A DNA stretch of 64,000 nt from Alphaproteobacteria bacterium. GTDB lineage: Bacteria; Pseudomonadota; Alphaproteobacteria; SP197. The DNA lies in the NCBI GenBank assembly GCA_965204785.1, contig OZ242015.1, positions 3,244,115 to 3,308,114 on the forward strand, read 5' to 3'. The notes beneath the pieces were generated by a model that saw only the letters and a program-made list of their open reading frames with translations, was not told the origin of the DNA and searched no databases. The stretch's first letter is position 1. Each line of letters begins with the position of its first letter. A program made the position numbers and the translations under genes. Shown piece by piece: positions 19,224 through 30,007 of the stretch.

Positions 19224-20500
19224 TCAGTCCGTCACCAGATTAGGTGTCGTATTCCAGGCGGTTGGCGATGGCATCGAATTCGGGCCTTTCGGAGCGTTCT
19301 ATCGCGGCGAAAGCGGCATGTACCTCTTTGCCCAGAAGCTCAGGCACAAGCGTCGAGGCCTCGAAGCGTTCGAGGGCGCTGGGCCAGTGGCGCGACATGG
19401 CGGGACCACAGGCATGTTCCTCACCGGGTTCGGAGGCCGGACCGGGACCGAGCTAGCGTTCGATGTTATGGACCATGCCGGAAAGGATCGCGCCCAGCAC
19501 GAGGAAGATGTTGGAGTCGACCCCGGCGATGCGGTGTTCGATGCGTCGCGATTCCGGGCCGCCGCAGGGAATGCGCCAGGCGACGTTGCGGTTGTCGTGA
19601 CCCCAGGTCGGCGCCATCGGCGTGTGTTGGCTGCTGGAGAACCGCCGGTAGGAATTGCGGTGATGCGCGAACAGCAGAAACGTGTCCGCCGCTGAGACGC
19701 CCAGAGCCGCCACCGCGTGACGCACAGGGCATCGTCGGCGGGGACGCGTTCCTGCCATCGTCGTCCACTAGGCTGGCATGGACATGAAGCCCGCTGCCGG
19801 CGAGATCGCGCGAGGGTTTGACCATGAACGAGGAGATGAAGCCGTGTTTGGCCGCGACGCCCTTGATCACACGCTTCAGCATTTGGGCATCGTCGGCGTC
19901 CTGGAGCACGTCGTCGTTGTGGTGCAGGTTGATTTCGTACTGCGCGAGCGAGAGTTCCTTCACCAAGCTTTCGAACGGCAGGCCCATGGCAGGACAGGTC
20001 TGCTGCATTTCGGCCAGAATGGGATCCTGTTCGTGCATGAGGTCGGCGCTGAAGAGTTGCCCGCCGATCTGGGTTTCGCCGTTGAGCCGCGCTGCGGGAA
20101 GTTTGGGCGCACCGTCCTCTGCCCGTTCCTCGCGGAAAAGGTAAAATTCCAGTTCCGGCGCGACCACGGCGTGGAGGCCATGTCCGGCCAGCCGGTCGAT
20201 GGCGTTCTCCAGCACCGTGCGCGGATCGAGCGGCCATGCCTCGCCCTCTTCATCATAACATGTGGACGATGAGCGCGGCGGTGGGGCACGGCAGCCAGGC
20301 CAGGCGCTTGAGAGAAGCCATTGACGAGGTGGCACACGCCGTCGCCCTCGCGCGTGCCGTCAATGACGGCGGGCACGTCGCGACCCCAGATGTCTCAGGT
20401 GGCAAGGTCGATGGTCATACCGGTCTTGCCGCCGGTGACCTCGACCAGCTTGGCGGCGGGAAGCCATTTGCCCGCACGACGCCGTTGAGGTTGGTCATGC
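19224..20500 (-). pseudogene. Glutamine synthetase family (PuuA-like gamma-glutamyl ligase), multiply frameshifted
   Basis: Fragments APELEFYLF, QYEINL, FMVKP..AGSGLHVHASL, NSYRRF, WGHDNR..RIP, RIEHRIAG spread over several frames. Confidence 0.9.
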
Positions 20501-20571
20501 TGGAACTCGCTGGTTTGTCACGGAGGCTTGCCCGGAATCGCGCAGGTGCTCAATCTTCGTGACAAGACCTG

Positions 20572-20629
20572 ATACCAACGGCGGATGAGTGGGACGCATC
20601 CCGCCCGGCGCTTGAGGGCCGTTGGAATA
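20572..20629. repeat. CCAACGGCNGATGAG palindromic repeat, copy carrying an insertion
   Basis: TACCAACGGCGGATGAG...GCCGTTGGAA; related to 34051-34097 and 57550-57600. Confidence 0.65.
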
Positions 20630-20671
20630 GGCCCTGACCGCAGGCGGCCCGAGCACGGAGGACCCGACGGC

Positions 20672-21190
20672 ATGAGCACGACCCTGAAAGGCAGAACCGC
20701 GCTCGTCACCGGTGCCAGCAGCGGTATCGGCATGGCCACCGCCCGCGCGCTTCTGGATGCCGGATGCCGATTCGGATTTCGGCGGACGGGCGCATTTTCT
20801 GGAGGGACCGATGGAGGACGATCGCAACACCATGGCGGTCAACATCAACGGCGTGGTCGGCGTGACCCACGCCCTGCTGCCCGCCTGCTGGAGCGCGGCA
20901 GGGGCGACCTCGTCGTGACGGGCTCGGTCGCAGCACTCTCGACCTATGCCGGGGACAGCATCTATGCTGCGAGCAAACACGCCATCCACGTCTTCTGCGA
21001 TGGGGACCTAGCGCACGGCCCAGTACGCTTGACCGAGATCATGCCAGGCGTCGTGGAAACCGACTTCGCGGCTGCGCGCCGCCATGGCGACGAACAGGAA
21101 GGCAAGGCATTCTACGATTCCTTCCCCGCGGTGCTGAGCCCGCAAGACATCGCGCAGACGACGCTCTGCCGCAGCACATCCAGCGCCATG
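20672..21190 (+). pseudogene. Short-chain dehydrogenase (SDR), internally deleted
   Basis: ALVTGASSGIG, YAASKHA, PGVVETDF; segments missing and out of frame. Confidence 0.85.
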
Positions 21191-21620
21191 TGCTGACCAG
21201 TATCGACGGGGATCCCGATCAGTACAGCTTCGTCGGCTTTTGGTGCGCCTTCTTGGTGGAGACCCCGCTGACGCTGCTCAACTACCTCAATCCGGTCGCG
21301 CTGTGGCGCGATTGCCACCGGTTCAGGATGGCGCGTGGCGAGATCGTGGTCACGGTGACGTTGTTTGCCGTTTATGCCGCCGTCATCCCCGGGACGCGCG
21401 CCATGGGTTACTGGCTGGAGTTCGTCGTGCTGTGGCTTCTCCCCTGGTTCTTCGGCAATCTCGTCATGCTCACCATGTTCTGCTGGATGCTCCACAAGGT
21501 CGACGGGCGGTGGGGTGTTATGCCGATACGCGCATCGCGCTCTTTCCCGGTAGCGATATCCTGTCTCTGTGGCAGAACTTGCATCTGGTGCATCACATGC
21601 TGCCGATGGTGCCGTCTTGA
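21190..21620 (+). pseudogene. Fatty-acid-desaturase-family 3' fragment
   Basis: DGDPD, hydrophobic WLLPWF segment and QNLHLVHHMLPMVP His box in a shifted frame. Confidence 0.65.
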
Positions 21621-21626
21621 TCCTCT

Positions 21627-23020
21627 CTACCGGAACGCCGGTTCGTCGAGGCTGCGCAGCTTGCGTAAGTGGAGTGCATCGACGACCGTCTTCGCGCAGG
21701 CGCTCGGCGGTTTTTAGCGCGATGGTGAGATGCTGGCTGATGCGTTCGCGGTAGAAGGCGTTGGCCATGCCGCGCAGCTTGATCTCGCCGTGGAGCGGCT
21801 TGTCCGAGACGCAGAGCAGCGTGCCGTAGGGCACGCGGAAGCGGAATCCACTGGCCGTGACCGCAGCCGATTCCATGGCGATGGCGATGGTGTGTGACCG
21901 GTTGAACGCGGCCCGGATCTCGGCGAGTCGTAATTCCCAGTCCCGGTCGTCGGTCGTGAAGGAAGACCGTATGCGCAGCCTCGCCTTGCGCTTTTGGCCC
22001 GACAGACCGGTGACGTTGCTGACCGCGGTGTGGAGCGCCTGCTGTATCTCCGCAATGGGCGGCACGGGAACCTAGGCCGACAGGGCGGCCTCCAGCACTT
22101 GGTCGGCGCGAAAATAGGCATGCGCCAGGACATAGTCGCCCAGCCGCTGGGTCGAGCGCAGGCCGCCGTAATGGCTTATCATCAGTCAGCAATGGGGACG
22201 CAGCACGGCGAGATGATCGGTGATTGTCTTGGCGTTTGACGGGGCGACGCCGATGTTGATCAGCGTCACGCCGTGGCCTTCGCCGCGCTTGAGATGGTAG
22301 GCCGGCATTTGCGGCAAGTTCTGCAGCGGTCGGCCGGTCGAGCTGCTGTCGGGCGGCAGTGTGACGTCGCCGGGCTCAACAAAGGCCGTCCAGTCACCCG
22401 CATTGTCGTGCACGGCATCGCGTCCGAAGACGACGAACTCGTCGACATAACGCTGGTAGTTTGGTGAACAGCACGAAATGCTGGAAGTGTTCGGGCGCGG
22501 TCGCGGTGTAATGCGAGAGTGGACGGTTCGCGCCGGGCAGCAGGACATGGCGGCCGTTGGCGATGGTATCGTCGATGCGCCCGATGGGGCAGGGAAAAGA
22601 TACGCTGCAGGGTCGCGACATCGTCATGTGTAACGTTGGCACCGGCATCTTCCACGTCGAAGGGGAGCAGGATTGAACAGTCGCTCACACCCACCTCCAG
22701 CGGCCCGCCGTAGTGGCGCAGCAGCAGGTCGAACTGTTCGCGCAAATAGCCGCTGAAGAACTCCGGGCGGGTCAGCGTGGTGGCGTAACTACCCGCCGAG
22801 GTCACCATGCCATAAGAAATGTGCGGGCCCGAATGGAGAGCGGCGCCATCGGTCTCCAGCACGACATAAGGATAGCAGGCCTGCGGCGCGGGCTTTCGTG
22901 ACCCCCACCGGCAAACGCCTCGAACTTGGCCGACAGTCGGCTCGTCGCCTCGTCGTGAAGTTCGCGGACCCGTGCAAGGGCTGCGTCCGCATCGTCGAAC
23001 GTCTGTATCTCCTGATCCAT
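21627..23020 (-). pseudogene. amn: AMP nucleosidase
   Basis: YATTLTRP, SHYTAT.PEHFQ, NYQRYVDEF, PQMPAYHL, NIGVAPSNAKTITDH, RFRVPYGTLLCVSDKPLHGEIKL spread over several frames. Confidence 0.93.
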
Positions 23021-23203
23021 GGCGACTCTTACATCACGGCGCCAGTGGGCCGTCGAGTCCTTAACCCTGCTAACACCCCAGCGCTGCGCCTCGGTTCGCG
23101 TAGCGATAATCACCGTTCATCCGTTCTTAGCTGAAGAAGTTAAGAGTATAGAGTTCTTTAATTTTACTTCCTGAAACACTTTAGCGATTTTTCTGACTTT
23201 CGG

Positions 23204-24715
23204 TTAGCGTTCCATCGCGCTGCGCCGGTAGCCCAGCGCCTCGGCGATGTGGACGCGGCCCACGCCGTCACTGCCGGCAAGATCGGCGATGGTGCGTGCG
23301 ACCTTCTGCACGCGGTGCCAGCCCCGCGCCGAGAGTTTCAGGCGTTCGGCGGCCTGGGTCAGCAGCGCCTGGCCCGCTTCGTCGGGACGCGCGACCGTTT
23401 CGAGCAGCTCACCCTCGGCGCGTGCGTTGACATAGACGCCGGGGTGATCGGCATACCGCGCGGTCTGGACGGCGCGGGCCGCGGCGATGCGCTGGGCGAC
23501 CTCGGCGGAACCTTCCGCGGGCGGCGGGAGTGCCAAATCGGCGGCGACGACCTCGGGGACTTCCACATGAAGGTCGATGCGGTCGAACATGGGCCCTGAC
23601 ACGCGGGCCTGATAGTCCGCAGCGCAGCGCGGCGCGCGGGTGCAGGCGCGTGCCGGATCGGACAGCCAGCCGCACTTGCACGGGTTCATCGCCGCGATGA
23701 GTTGGAAGCGCGCGGGATAGGTGACGTGGTGGTTGGCGCGCGCCACCAGGGTCTCGCCACTTTCGGCCGGCTGGCGCAGGGCATCCAGCACGGAGCGCTG
23801 GAACTCCGGAAGCTCGTCGAGAAACAGCACGCCGTTATGCGCGAGCGATACCTCGCCCGGACGCGCGCGCACCCCGCCGCCTGTCAGTGCTGCCATGCTG
23901 GCGCTGTGATGGGGATCGCGGAACGGACGGCGGCGGCTCAACCGGCCACCTTTGAGTTCGCCCGCGACCGAGGCGACTAGGCTGACCTCCAGCGCCTCCT
24001 CGGGCGTGAGCGGCGGCAGGATGCCCGGCAGGCGTTTGGCGAGCATGGACTTGCCCGAACCGGGCGGTCCGATCATGAGCAGGTTGTGACCGCCCGCCGC
24101 GGCGATCTCCAGCGTGCGTTTGGCCGCTTCCTGGCCTTTGATGTCAGCGAGGTCGGGCAGCGGACCATCGTCCTCAGCGATCTCCGCCCTGGGCTGGGAG
24201 AGCACTTGCGTGCCCTTCCAGTGGTTGATGAGGCCGAGCAGGTGATCGGGTGCGAGCACGGGCGCCTGTCCGGCCCAGGCGGCCTCGGACCCGTTAGCGG
24301 CGGGACAGACCACGCCGCGCCCCAGACGGCCCGCCGCGATGGCGGCGGGCAGCACGCCCGCGACCTGGCTGATCCGCCCGTCGAGCGCAAGTTCGCCAAG
24401 GATCAGGTTGTCCTCGCCAATATCGGCGGGTACGGCGCCCAGCACCAACAGCAGGGCGATCGCGATGGGAAGATCGAAATGGCTGCCTTCCTTTAGTAGA
24501 TCGGCCGGGGCCAGATTGACCGTGATGCGCCGCCCGGGCAGGGCAAGGCCGATCGCCGTCAGCGCGGAACGCACGCGCTCCCGGCTCTCACCCACAGCCT
24601 TGTCGGGCAGACCGACGATGGTGAAGTTCGGCTGGCCCGGCACCAAGGAGACCTGCACCTCGACCGGCAGCGCCTCGACCCCCGACAATGCGACTGTGAT
24701 AACCGGTGCAACCAT
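23204..24715 (-). CDS. comM: YifB/ComM Mg-chelatase-like AAA+ ATPase
   Basis: VGLPDKAVGESRERV, NLAPAD, GPPGSGKS, PHHSAS, LFLDELPEF, AMNPCKCG. Confidence 0.95.
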   Translation of the reverse strand: MVAPVITVALSGVEALPVEVQVSLVPGQPNFTIVGLPDKAVGESRERVRSALTAIGLALPGRRITVNLAPADLLKEGSHFDLPIAIALLLVLGAVPADIGEDNLILGELALDGRISQVAGVLPAAIAAGRLGRGVVCPAANGSEAAWAGQAPVLAPDHLLGLINHWKGTQVLSQPRAEIAEDDGPLPDLADIKGQEAAKRTLEIAAAGGHNLLMIGPPGSGKSMLAKRLPGILPPLTPEEALEVSLVASVAGELKGGRLSRRRPFRDPHHSASMAALTGGGVRARPGEVSLAHNGVLFLDELPEFQRSVLDALRQPAESGETLVARANHHVTYPARFQLIAAMNPCKCGWLSDPARACTRAPRCAADYQARVSGPMFDRIDLHVEVPEVVAADLALPPPAEGSAEVAQRIAAARAVQTARYADHPGVYVNARAEGELLETVARPDEAGQALLTQAAERLKLSARGWHRVQKVARTIADLAGSDGVGRVHIAEALGYRRSAMER

Positions 24716-24816
24716 GCGCTGAGGCTAGAGCGGATCAGGTCCGCACGGAACCGTCTTGTAACTTCATGAGAGTTAGGCTTTCCAATCGCGGCTGGAAGTG
24801 AAGATTCGCAGAGTCG

Positions 24817-25067
24817 TTACGGTGTCGCTGTCGCCATGACTAAAGTGACCACGGCACTTTTTGCGAATCCTATGACCCTAAGTCCGGGCCGAATTTCGTC
24901 GCGCACTTGACCACGCATTGAGACGAAGGCAAAGCCCGGCAGTAGGATTCCAATCGCTCCAAGCAAGCCATTGCACGGTTCGGCCCGCCCTGGCCGGCAA
25001 TCCAATCATAGATTTCGTTGAATTCGTCTCGAGCCTCGGGCGCGATGATGACGCGCCGTTCTTTCAC
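24817..25067 (-). pseudogene. ParE/RelE-family toxin, frameshifted
   Basis: RVIIAPEARDEFNEIYDWIA, then RGQVRDEIRPGLRVIGF in another frame; truncated. Confidence 0.85.
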
Positions 25068-25343
25068 GCCTTCTCTTTCAGCCCGTCAGCGTGGCGTGCG
25101 CGAATTGCATCGAAGACATCATCGACGGCAAGCTCGCGGTCAGGGGCGGCCTGCATCGCATCATAGGCAGGAGCGACGTCTTCACTCAGCCAGCGCTCGA
25201 AGGCTTCATCACGCTCCCGCAGGGCGCAGACCGGCGCGCACGACCTCGCTGACCAATGCATAGTGGCCTGAAGCGACCTGCTCGTCCACATAGACGGCAT
25301 GTTCCACGGGCAGACTGATGGTGCGGTGTGCCGACGATGCCAT
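25064..25343 (-). pseudogene. ParD-like ribbon-helix-helix antitoxin, frameshifted
   Basis: RTISLP..., VASGHYA, SEVVRAGLR, LRERDEAFERWL.. in shifting frames; overlaps the toxin start. Confidence 0.82.
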
Positions 25344-25505
25344 GGCGTTCTCCTATCCGAGCCACTCTAGCAATATGCATGAATTACTTTCATACCAGTA
25401 ATTCCTATGTCCCGTGAACAGTATTAGGCTGGATGGCTGCTATGGGCGCCCCGCAGCCATTTCCAGGCGGACTCCCGAAAGGTGAAGTGAGGACCTTGAT
25501 GGACT

Positions 25506-25577
25506 GCTCCGACCTGATCCCCAGCTTTCGCTGGGGATCAGGTCGGAGCGGCGCGGGTCCCGGCGGCGCGGGTCCCG
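25506..25577. repeat. Perfect 20-bp hairpin plus a 2x15-bp tandem repeat
   Basis: GCTCCGACCTGATCCCCAGC-TTTC-GCTGGGGATCAGGTCGGAGC; GCGGCGCGGGTCCCG at 25548 and 25563. Confidence 0.85.
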
Positions 25578-25598
25578 CCGGGGGTGGTCTTGTTTGCC

Positions 25599-26036
25599 TC
25601 AGCCTGGGCGTGGCCAGACGAAGTCGGGGCGCAGGCCTTCGTAGACCGGGCGGCCGTCGTCGGGTTTGGGGACGCCGGTCGCGGGATCGTAAAACGCGTG
25701 ATAGGTCGCGAGCATGGCGTTGGCGTCGAAACCCATGAGGTTGGGCACCACGGCGCGGATACGGTTCTGCTTGTCGTCGAGCATGATGGGCGTACTGCAT
25801 TCCTTGCAGGTGCACAGTTCCAGCGGACCGTCCGGGTTGTTGGCGTTGAACGGCTGCCGGTTGAGCTTGTCGGCCGCATCGACGGAAAGGTCGCCATGTT
25901 CGAAGAAAACGACATGGGTGGTGGGCTGGCCCGTCACCCCCTTGCACACCGAACAATGGCAGGTGTGGTTGTCGATCGGTTCGGCATTGGCGTGGGAATG
26001 GATGTGTTCGCAGCCGCCAGAATATTTACTTGGCAT
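25599..26036 (-). CDS. GFA/Mss4-like Zn-binding protein
   Basis: MPSKYSGGC, CHCSVCKGVTG, CKECSTP. Confidence 0.8.
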   Translation of the reverse strand: MPSKYSGGCEHIHSHANAEPIDNHTCHCSVCKGVTGQPTTHVVFFEHGDLSVDAADKLNRQPFNANNPDGPLELCTCKECSTPIMLDDKQNRIRAVVPNLMGFDANAMLATYHAFYDPATGVPKPDDGRPVYEGLRPDFVWPRPG

Positions 26037-26324
26037 CACTCTCTCCACTTTCTGGTTACGTGAACGATACCGGCCGCCCCTTCGGGGGCCGATCGGGATA
26101 ACAACGCGCCGTCTGCAGATGCTGCAGACGGTCATGATAGGCCAATGCGCACAACCTGGATATGCGCTTGCGACACAAGGTCGCAAAAGCGCTGTCGGCC
26201 GCCCCATGCGCAGGGGAACGAACCGCCGCCGGTATCCTGTCAACCCAATTGCCAAGCCGGACGTTTGGGGTTAAGGGCAGAGGTGAGGCTGCATGCCGCG
26301 GCCCGATGGAGGTGGACAGAGCGC

Positions 26325-27392
26325 ATGAGACGCGTCAGGCGCATCCTTCTTCGCGTGGTCCTGATGGTCGTGATCCCCGTGATCGCGCTGTGGATCGCGG
26401 TTGAGGCGTATCTTTCCGGCGGCCGTTACGTGACCGCCGACAACGCCTATGTGAAGGCTGACATTGTCAACATCGGATCGGAGGTCGACGGCCGCGTCGT
26501 ACGCGTCTTCGTGAACGATTATGAACATGTCGAATCCAGCCAGCCGCTGTTCGAGATCGATCCCGAACCGTTCGGCATGGCGATCGCCGCCTCCGAGGCG
26601 GAGATGGCCGCCGTGGTGCAGGAGATCGAGGCGCTGCGCGCGCTCTACCGCCAGGGCGAGGCCGAAATCCGCGCGGCCGAAGAGGACGTGCGTTACCTGA
26701 CCGGCGAATACCAGCGCCAGCAGGAACTGGTCGCCCAGGGTGCGGGAACCCAGAGCAAGCTGGATGCCGCCGAACACGCACTTTCCGCCGCCAAGCGCGA
26801 TCTGGCCGTACTGCGCGAACAGAATGCCGTTGTGCTGGCCAATCTGGGCGGGTCCCTGGAAGCGCCGGTGGAGGATCAGCCCAAGTATCGCTCCGTCCTG
26901 GCGATGCGCGAGGAAGCGGCCCTGAAGCTGACGCGCACGCTGGTGACCGCGCCGATGAACGGCACGCTTTCCCAGGTCCTGCTGGAAACCGGCGAATACA
27001 TCGAGGCGGGCGATCCCGTCTTTGCCTTGGTCGTCACGGGCGAACCCTGGATCGAGGTCAACCTGAAGGAAGTTGACCTCACCCATGTCACGGTGGGGCA
27101 AAGGGCGACGGTCGTGGTGGACGCCTATCCCGATGTCGTGTGGTCAGCCTTGGTCGATTCGATCAGCCCGGCCACCGGAGCGGAATTCGCCCTGCTGCCG
27201 CCGCAGAATTCCACCGGCAACTGGGTCAAGGTCGTCCAGCGCGTGCCGGTGCGCCTGAAGCTGGACGAGGATCACGACACCAGGCTGCTGCGCTCGGGCA
27301 TGACCGTTTCGGTCTCGATCGACACGGGCCTGGAGCGCACCTTCGACGGCGTCGTGGACAGCGTGCTGGCAGACGTCCTGCCCGGTCAATGA
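26325..27392 (+). CDS. EmrA/HlyD-family membrane fusion protein
   Basis: TADNAYV, GAEFALLPPQNSTGNWVKVVQRVPVR. Confidence 0.93.
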   Translation: MRRVRRILLRVVLMVVIPVIALWIAVEAYLSGGRYVTADNAYVKADIVNIGSEVDGRVVRVFVNDYEHVESSQPLFEIDPEPFGMAIAASEAEMAAVVQEIEALRALYRQGEAEIRAAEEDVRYLTGEYQRQQELVAQGAGTQSKLDAAEHALSAAKRDLAVLREQNAVVLANLGGSLEAPVEDQPKYRSVLAMREEAALKLTRTLVTAPMNGTLSQVLLETGEYIEAGDPVFALVVTGEPWIEVNLKEVDLTHVTVGQRATVVVDAYPDVVWSALVDSISPATGAEFALLPPQNSTGNWVKVVQRVPVRLKLDEDHDTRLLRSGMTVSVSIDTGLERTFDGVVDSVLADVLPGQ

Positions 27393-28951
27393 GCGAAGCG
27401 GCCGTTCTCACCGATCCGCCCAGGCCCACAGGCTTCCGATTTGTCATGCTGGTGTTCTTCGCGACGATCGCGACGACGGCCTACGACTTTACCTGGACTG
27501 TGGTCTCAGTCGCCTTGCCACACATGCAAGGCACGTTCTCGACCACGCCCGACCAGATCGCCTGGGTGCTGATCGGTTTCATGCTGGGCAGCGCAACGGC
27601 GACCGCGAGTGCGGGCTGGTTTTCCAACCGCTTCGGGCGCAAAAACCTCTTTCTCTTCGCAACGGCCGGCTACACGATCACGCTTGTGGGCTGCGCCATG
27701 TCCACCACTTTGATCGACGCCACGGTCTGGCGTTTCCTGCAGGGCTTGGTCGGCGCGCCGCTCATCCCGCTTGGCCAGACCATCGTGGTCGACACCTTTC
27801 CCAGGCACCTGCACGGCAAGGCGACCTCGATCTGGGGCATCGGCGTGATGCTGGGTTCGGTCGCGGGACCCATCGGCGGCGGCTTCATCCTTGAAGACTA
27901 CAGCTGGCCCTGGGTCTTCTACGTCACCGTTCCGGTCGGTGTGATCGCCTTCATCGGCACGTGGATCTTCGTTCCGTCGTCGCAGCCCGACAAGAGTCAG
28001 CCCTTCGACTGGTTCGGCTTCCTGACCCTGGTGATGGGGGCGGGCATGTTCCAGCTTGCGCTGGCGCGGGGCGAACGCGAGGAGTGGTTCGATTCCATGG
28101 AAGTCGTGCTGGAGTTCATAGCGGCGTTCATCCTGCTCTACCTCTTTGCCATGCACACGATCTTCGCCAGGCAGCCATTCGTGTCGCGCGAGCTCTTCAC
28201 GGACCGCAACTTCATGATCGGGATGTTGTTCGTTGCGATCATCGGTTCGATCATCGTGCTGCCCAATTTCCTTCTGCCCCTGCTCTTGCAGCAGGTCGCA
28301 GGTTATCCGCCGTCGGAAACCGGCTGGGTCATGATGTACCGCGGGGCGGGCGTGCTGATCGGGCTGATTTTCGTGGGCCAGATTGCGGCGCGCTTTCCGC
28401 CCCGCGCGCTTATCATCTTCGGCCTCGTGCTGATGGCCTTTCCCACGATCTTCATGGCGCAATGGACGGTTGACCTGCCCGCCTTCGAGGTCGCCTGGAC
28501 CAACTTCGTCCAGGGCCTGGGCGGTGGCTTCATCTGGGTTCCGATCAGCACGCTCGCCCTCTCTCATCTCGGCCGCAAGGTGCAGGATCAGGGTTACTCG
28601 CTGTTCTACCTCTTCTTCGAACTCGGCAGTTCCATCGGCGTGGCGGCGATCGTGGGCAAACATGTGCGCGATACGCAGATCAACCACGCCGCGCTCACCG
28701 AACACATCACGCCGTTCAACGAACTCTTCCGTTATGAGGTGATCGCGCGGAACTGGTCTCACGCCGATGCCGTCGGGCTGGCCGCATTGGAAGCCGAAAT
28801 CGGCCTGCAATCGACCATGATCGCTTACAATAACGCGTTTTTCGTGACCTTCCTCATGGCGCTAGCGCTCATTCCCGCGCTCTATCTCTTCCGGACGGCC
28901 AAAAAGAGGAAACAGGACGCACCGGTCATCCAGCTCGCGGCGGCGGAATAA
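27389..28951 (+). CDS. EmrB/QacA (DHA2) MFS transporter
   Basis: VALPHMQG, WRFLQG, GPIGGG, WPWVFYVTVPVG, FDWFGF; many TM segments. Confidence 0.93.
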   Translation: MSEAAVLTDPPRPTGFRFVMLVFFATIATTAYDFTWTVVSVALPHMQGTFSTTPDQIAWVLIGFMLGSATATASAGWFSNRFGRKNLFLFATAGYTITLVGCAMSTTLIDATVWRFLQGLVGAPLIPLGQTIVVDTFPRHLHGKATSIWGIGVMLGSVAGPIGGGFILEDYSWPWVFYVTVPVGVIAFIGTWIFVPSSQPDKSQPFDWFGFLTLVMGAGMFQLALARGEREEWFDSMEVVLEFIAAFILLYLFAMHTIFARQPFVSRELFTDRNFMIGMLFVAIIGSIIVLPNFLLPLLLQQVAGYPPSETGWVMMYRGAGVLIGLIFVGQIAARFPPRALIIFGLVLMAFPTIFMAQWTVDLPAFEVAWTNFVQGLGGGFIWVPISTLALSHLGRKVQDQGYSLFYLFFELGSSIGVAAIVGKHVRDTQINHAALTEHITPFNELFRYEVIARNWSHADAVGLAALEAEIGLQSTMIAYNNAFFVTFLMALALIPALYLFRTAKKRKQDAPVIQLAAAE

Positions 28952-28996
28952 CGGAAATTCAAACCCGTCCGACCTGCGTAGCCAGAGAGATCAGTC

Positions 28997-29900
28997 ATGA
29001 AATCAGGTCCATACACCGGCGAGGCACTGTTTTTCGCCGCCGTCATGATCCATAACGCCGCGGCGCAGGAGTCCGAAGGCACGATGCCGTCGCCTTGGGT
29101 GGGCTTCGGCGAGTTGCAACTCGACCACGAGTTCGAAACCGATGTCGACAGCGGCGGCACGCTCGAGGTTATCCGGGCGCAGGCAGAGACCGGTTTTCTT
29201 TACATGAAAAGCCCGCGCGACAGCATCGGTCTCGTCGTGCGTTACGGCAACCACGGCTACGACTTTGGCGGGCTCAATCCCTGGGACGACATCCGCGAGG
29301 TCGCGCTCTCCATGTCCTATAGCCTGGGCATCGGCGCGCACTGGGATCTGCTCGCCATCGCCAGCGTCCAAGGCATGGCCGAAAGCGACGTTTCCTGGGA
29401 CGAAGGCATCACGGGCAACGGTATTCTGGCGATGAGTTACAAGGTCTCCGAGCGCTTGACCATCGGGCCGGACATCGGCATCGCGAGCCAGATCGGGGAC
29501 GATCTCACTGTTTGTCCTTATCCTCATCCTGGACTGGCGCGTCACCGACACGCTCACGCTCGCCACACAGGGTGCCGGACGCGCGGTGGACGGTCCGCAG
29601 GCCGGGCTGTGCTGGCAGGCCGACCCCCATGTGGTTCCTGGGCCTAGGTGCGGGTCATGAGACCGTACCTTCCGCCTAAACGACAGCAGGATAGCCTCTG
29701 GCGGCGTGGGCGAGGAGGAGGCCTATCCAGTTTTTGCCTTGGTGACCTATGGCCAGGGGCAGGGTTTTCAGGCCTTTCTCTTCGGCGGCTACAAGCTTGC
29801 CGGTGAACTCACTCTGGAAGACAGCAACGGCACGTTCCTCGCCGGATCGGACTACGAAGACACGCCCTTCATCGGCGGCGGCGTGCGCTTTGCCTGGTAA
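28997..29900 (+). pseudogene. Outer-membrane beta-barrel protein, frameshifted
   Basis: Signal-like N-terminus, alternating beta-strand pattern, C-terminal GGGVRFAW; frame breaks at about 29510-29680. Confidence 0.6.
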
Positions 29901-30007
29901 CAACAGGGCGAACGCGTCTTGAACTGACGGATGGCGGCCCCTAATGAGGAGAGCCGCCGCGTTCCCGGAGCACGTTTCACAGTTCCAATCCGTCAGGAGT
30001 TTCCGCC

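Noticed and set aside
24725-24753. CTAGAGCGGATCAGGTCCGCACGGAACCG, like the start of a TAGAGCGG-type palindromic element
   Set aside because: Only a half element; no partner repeat found in the window
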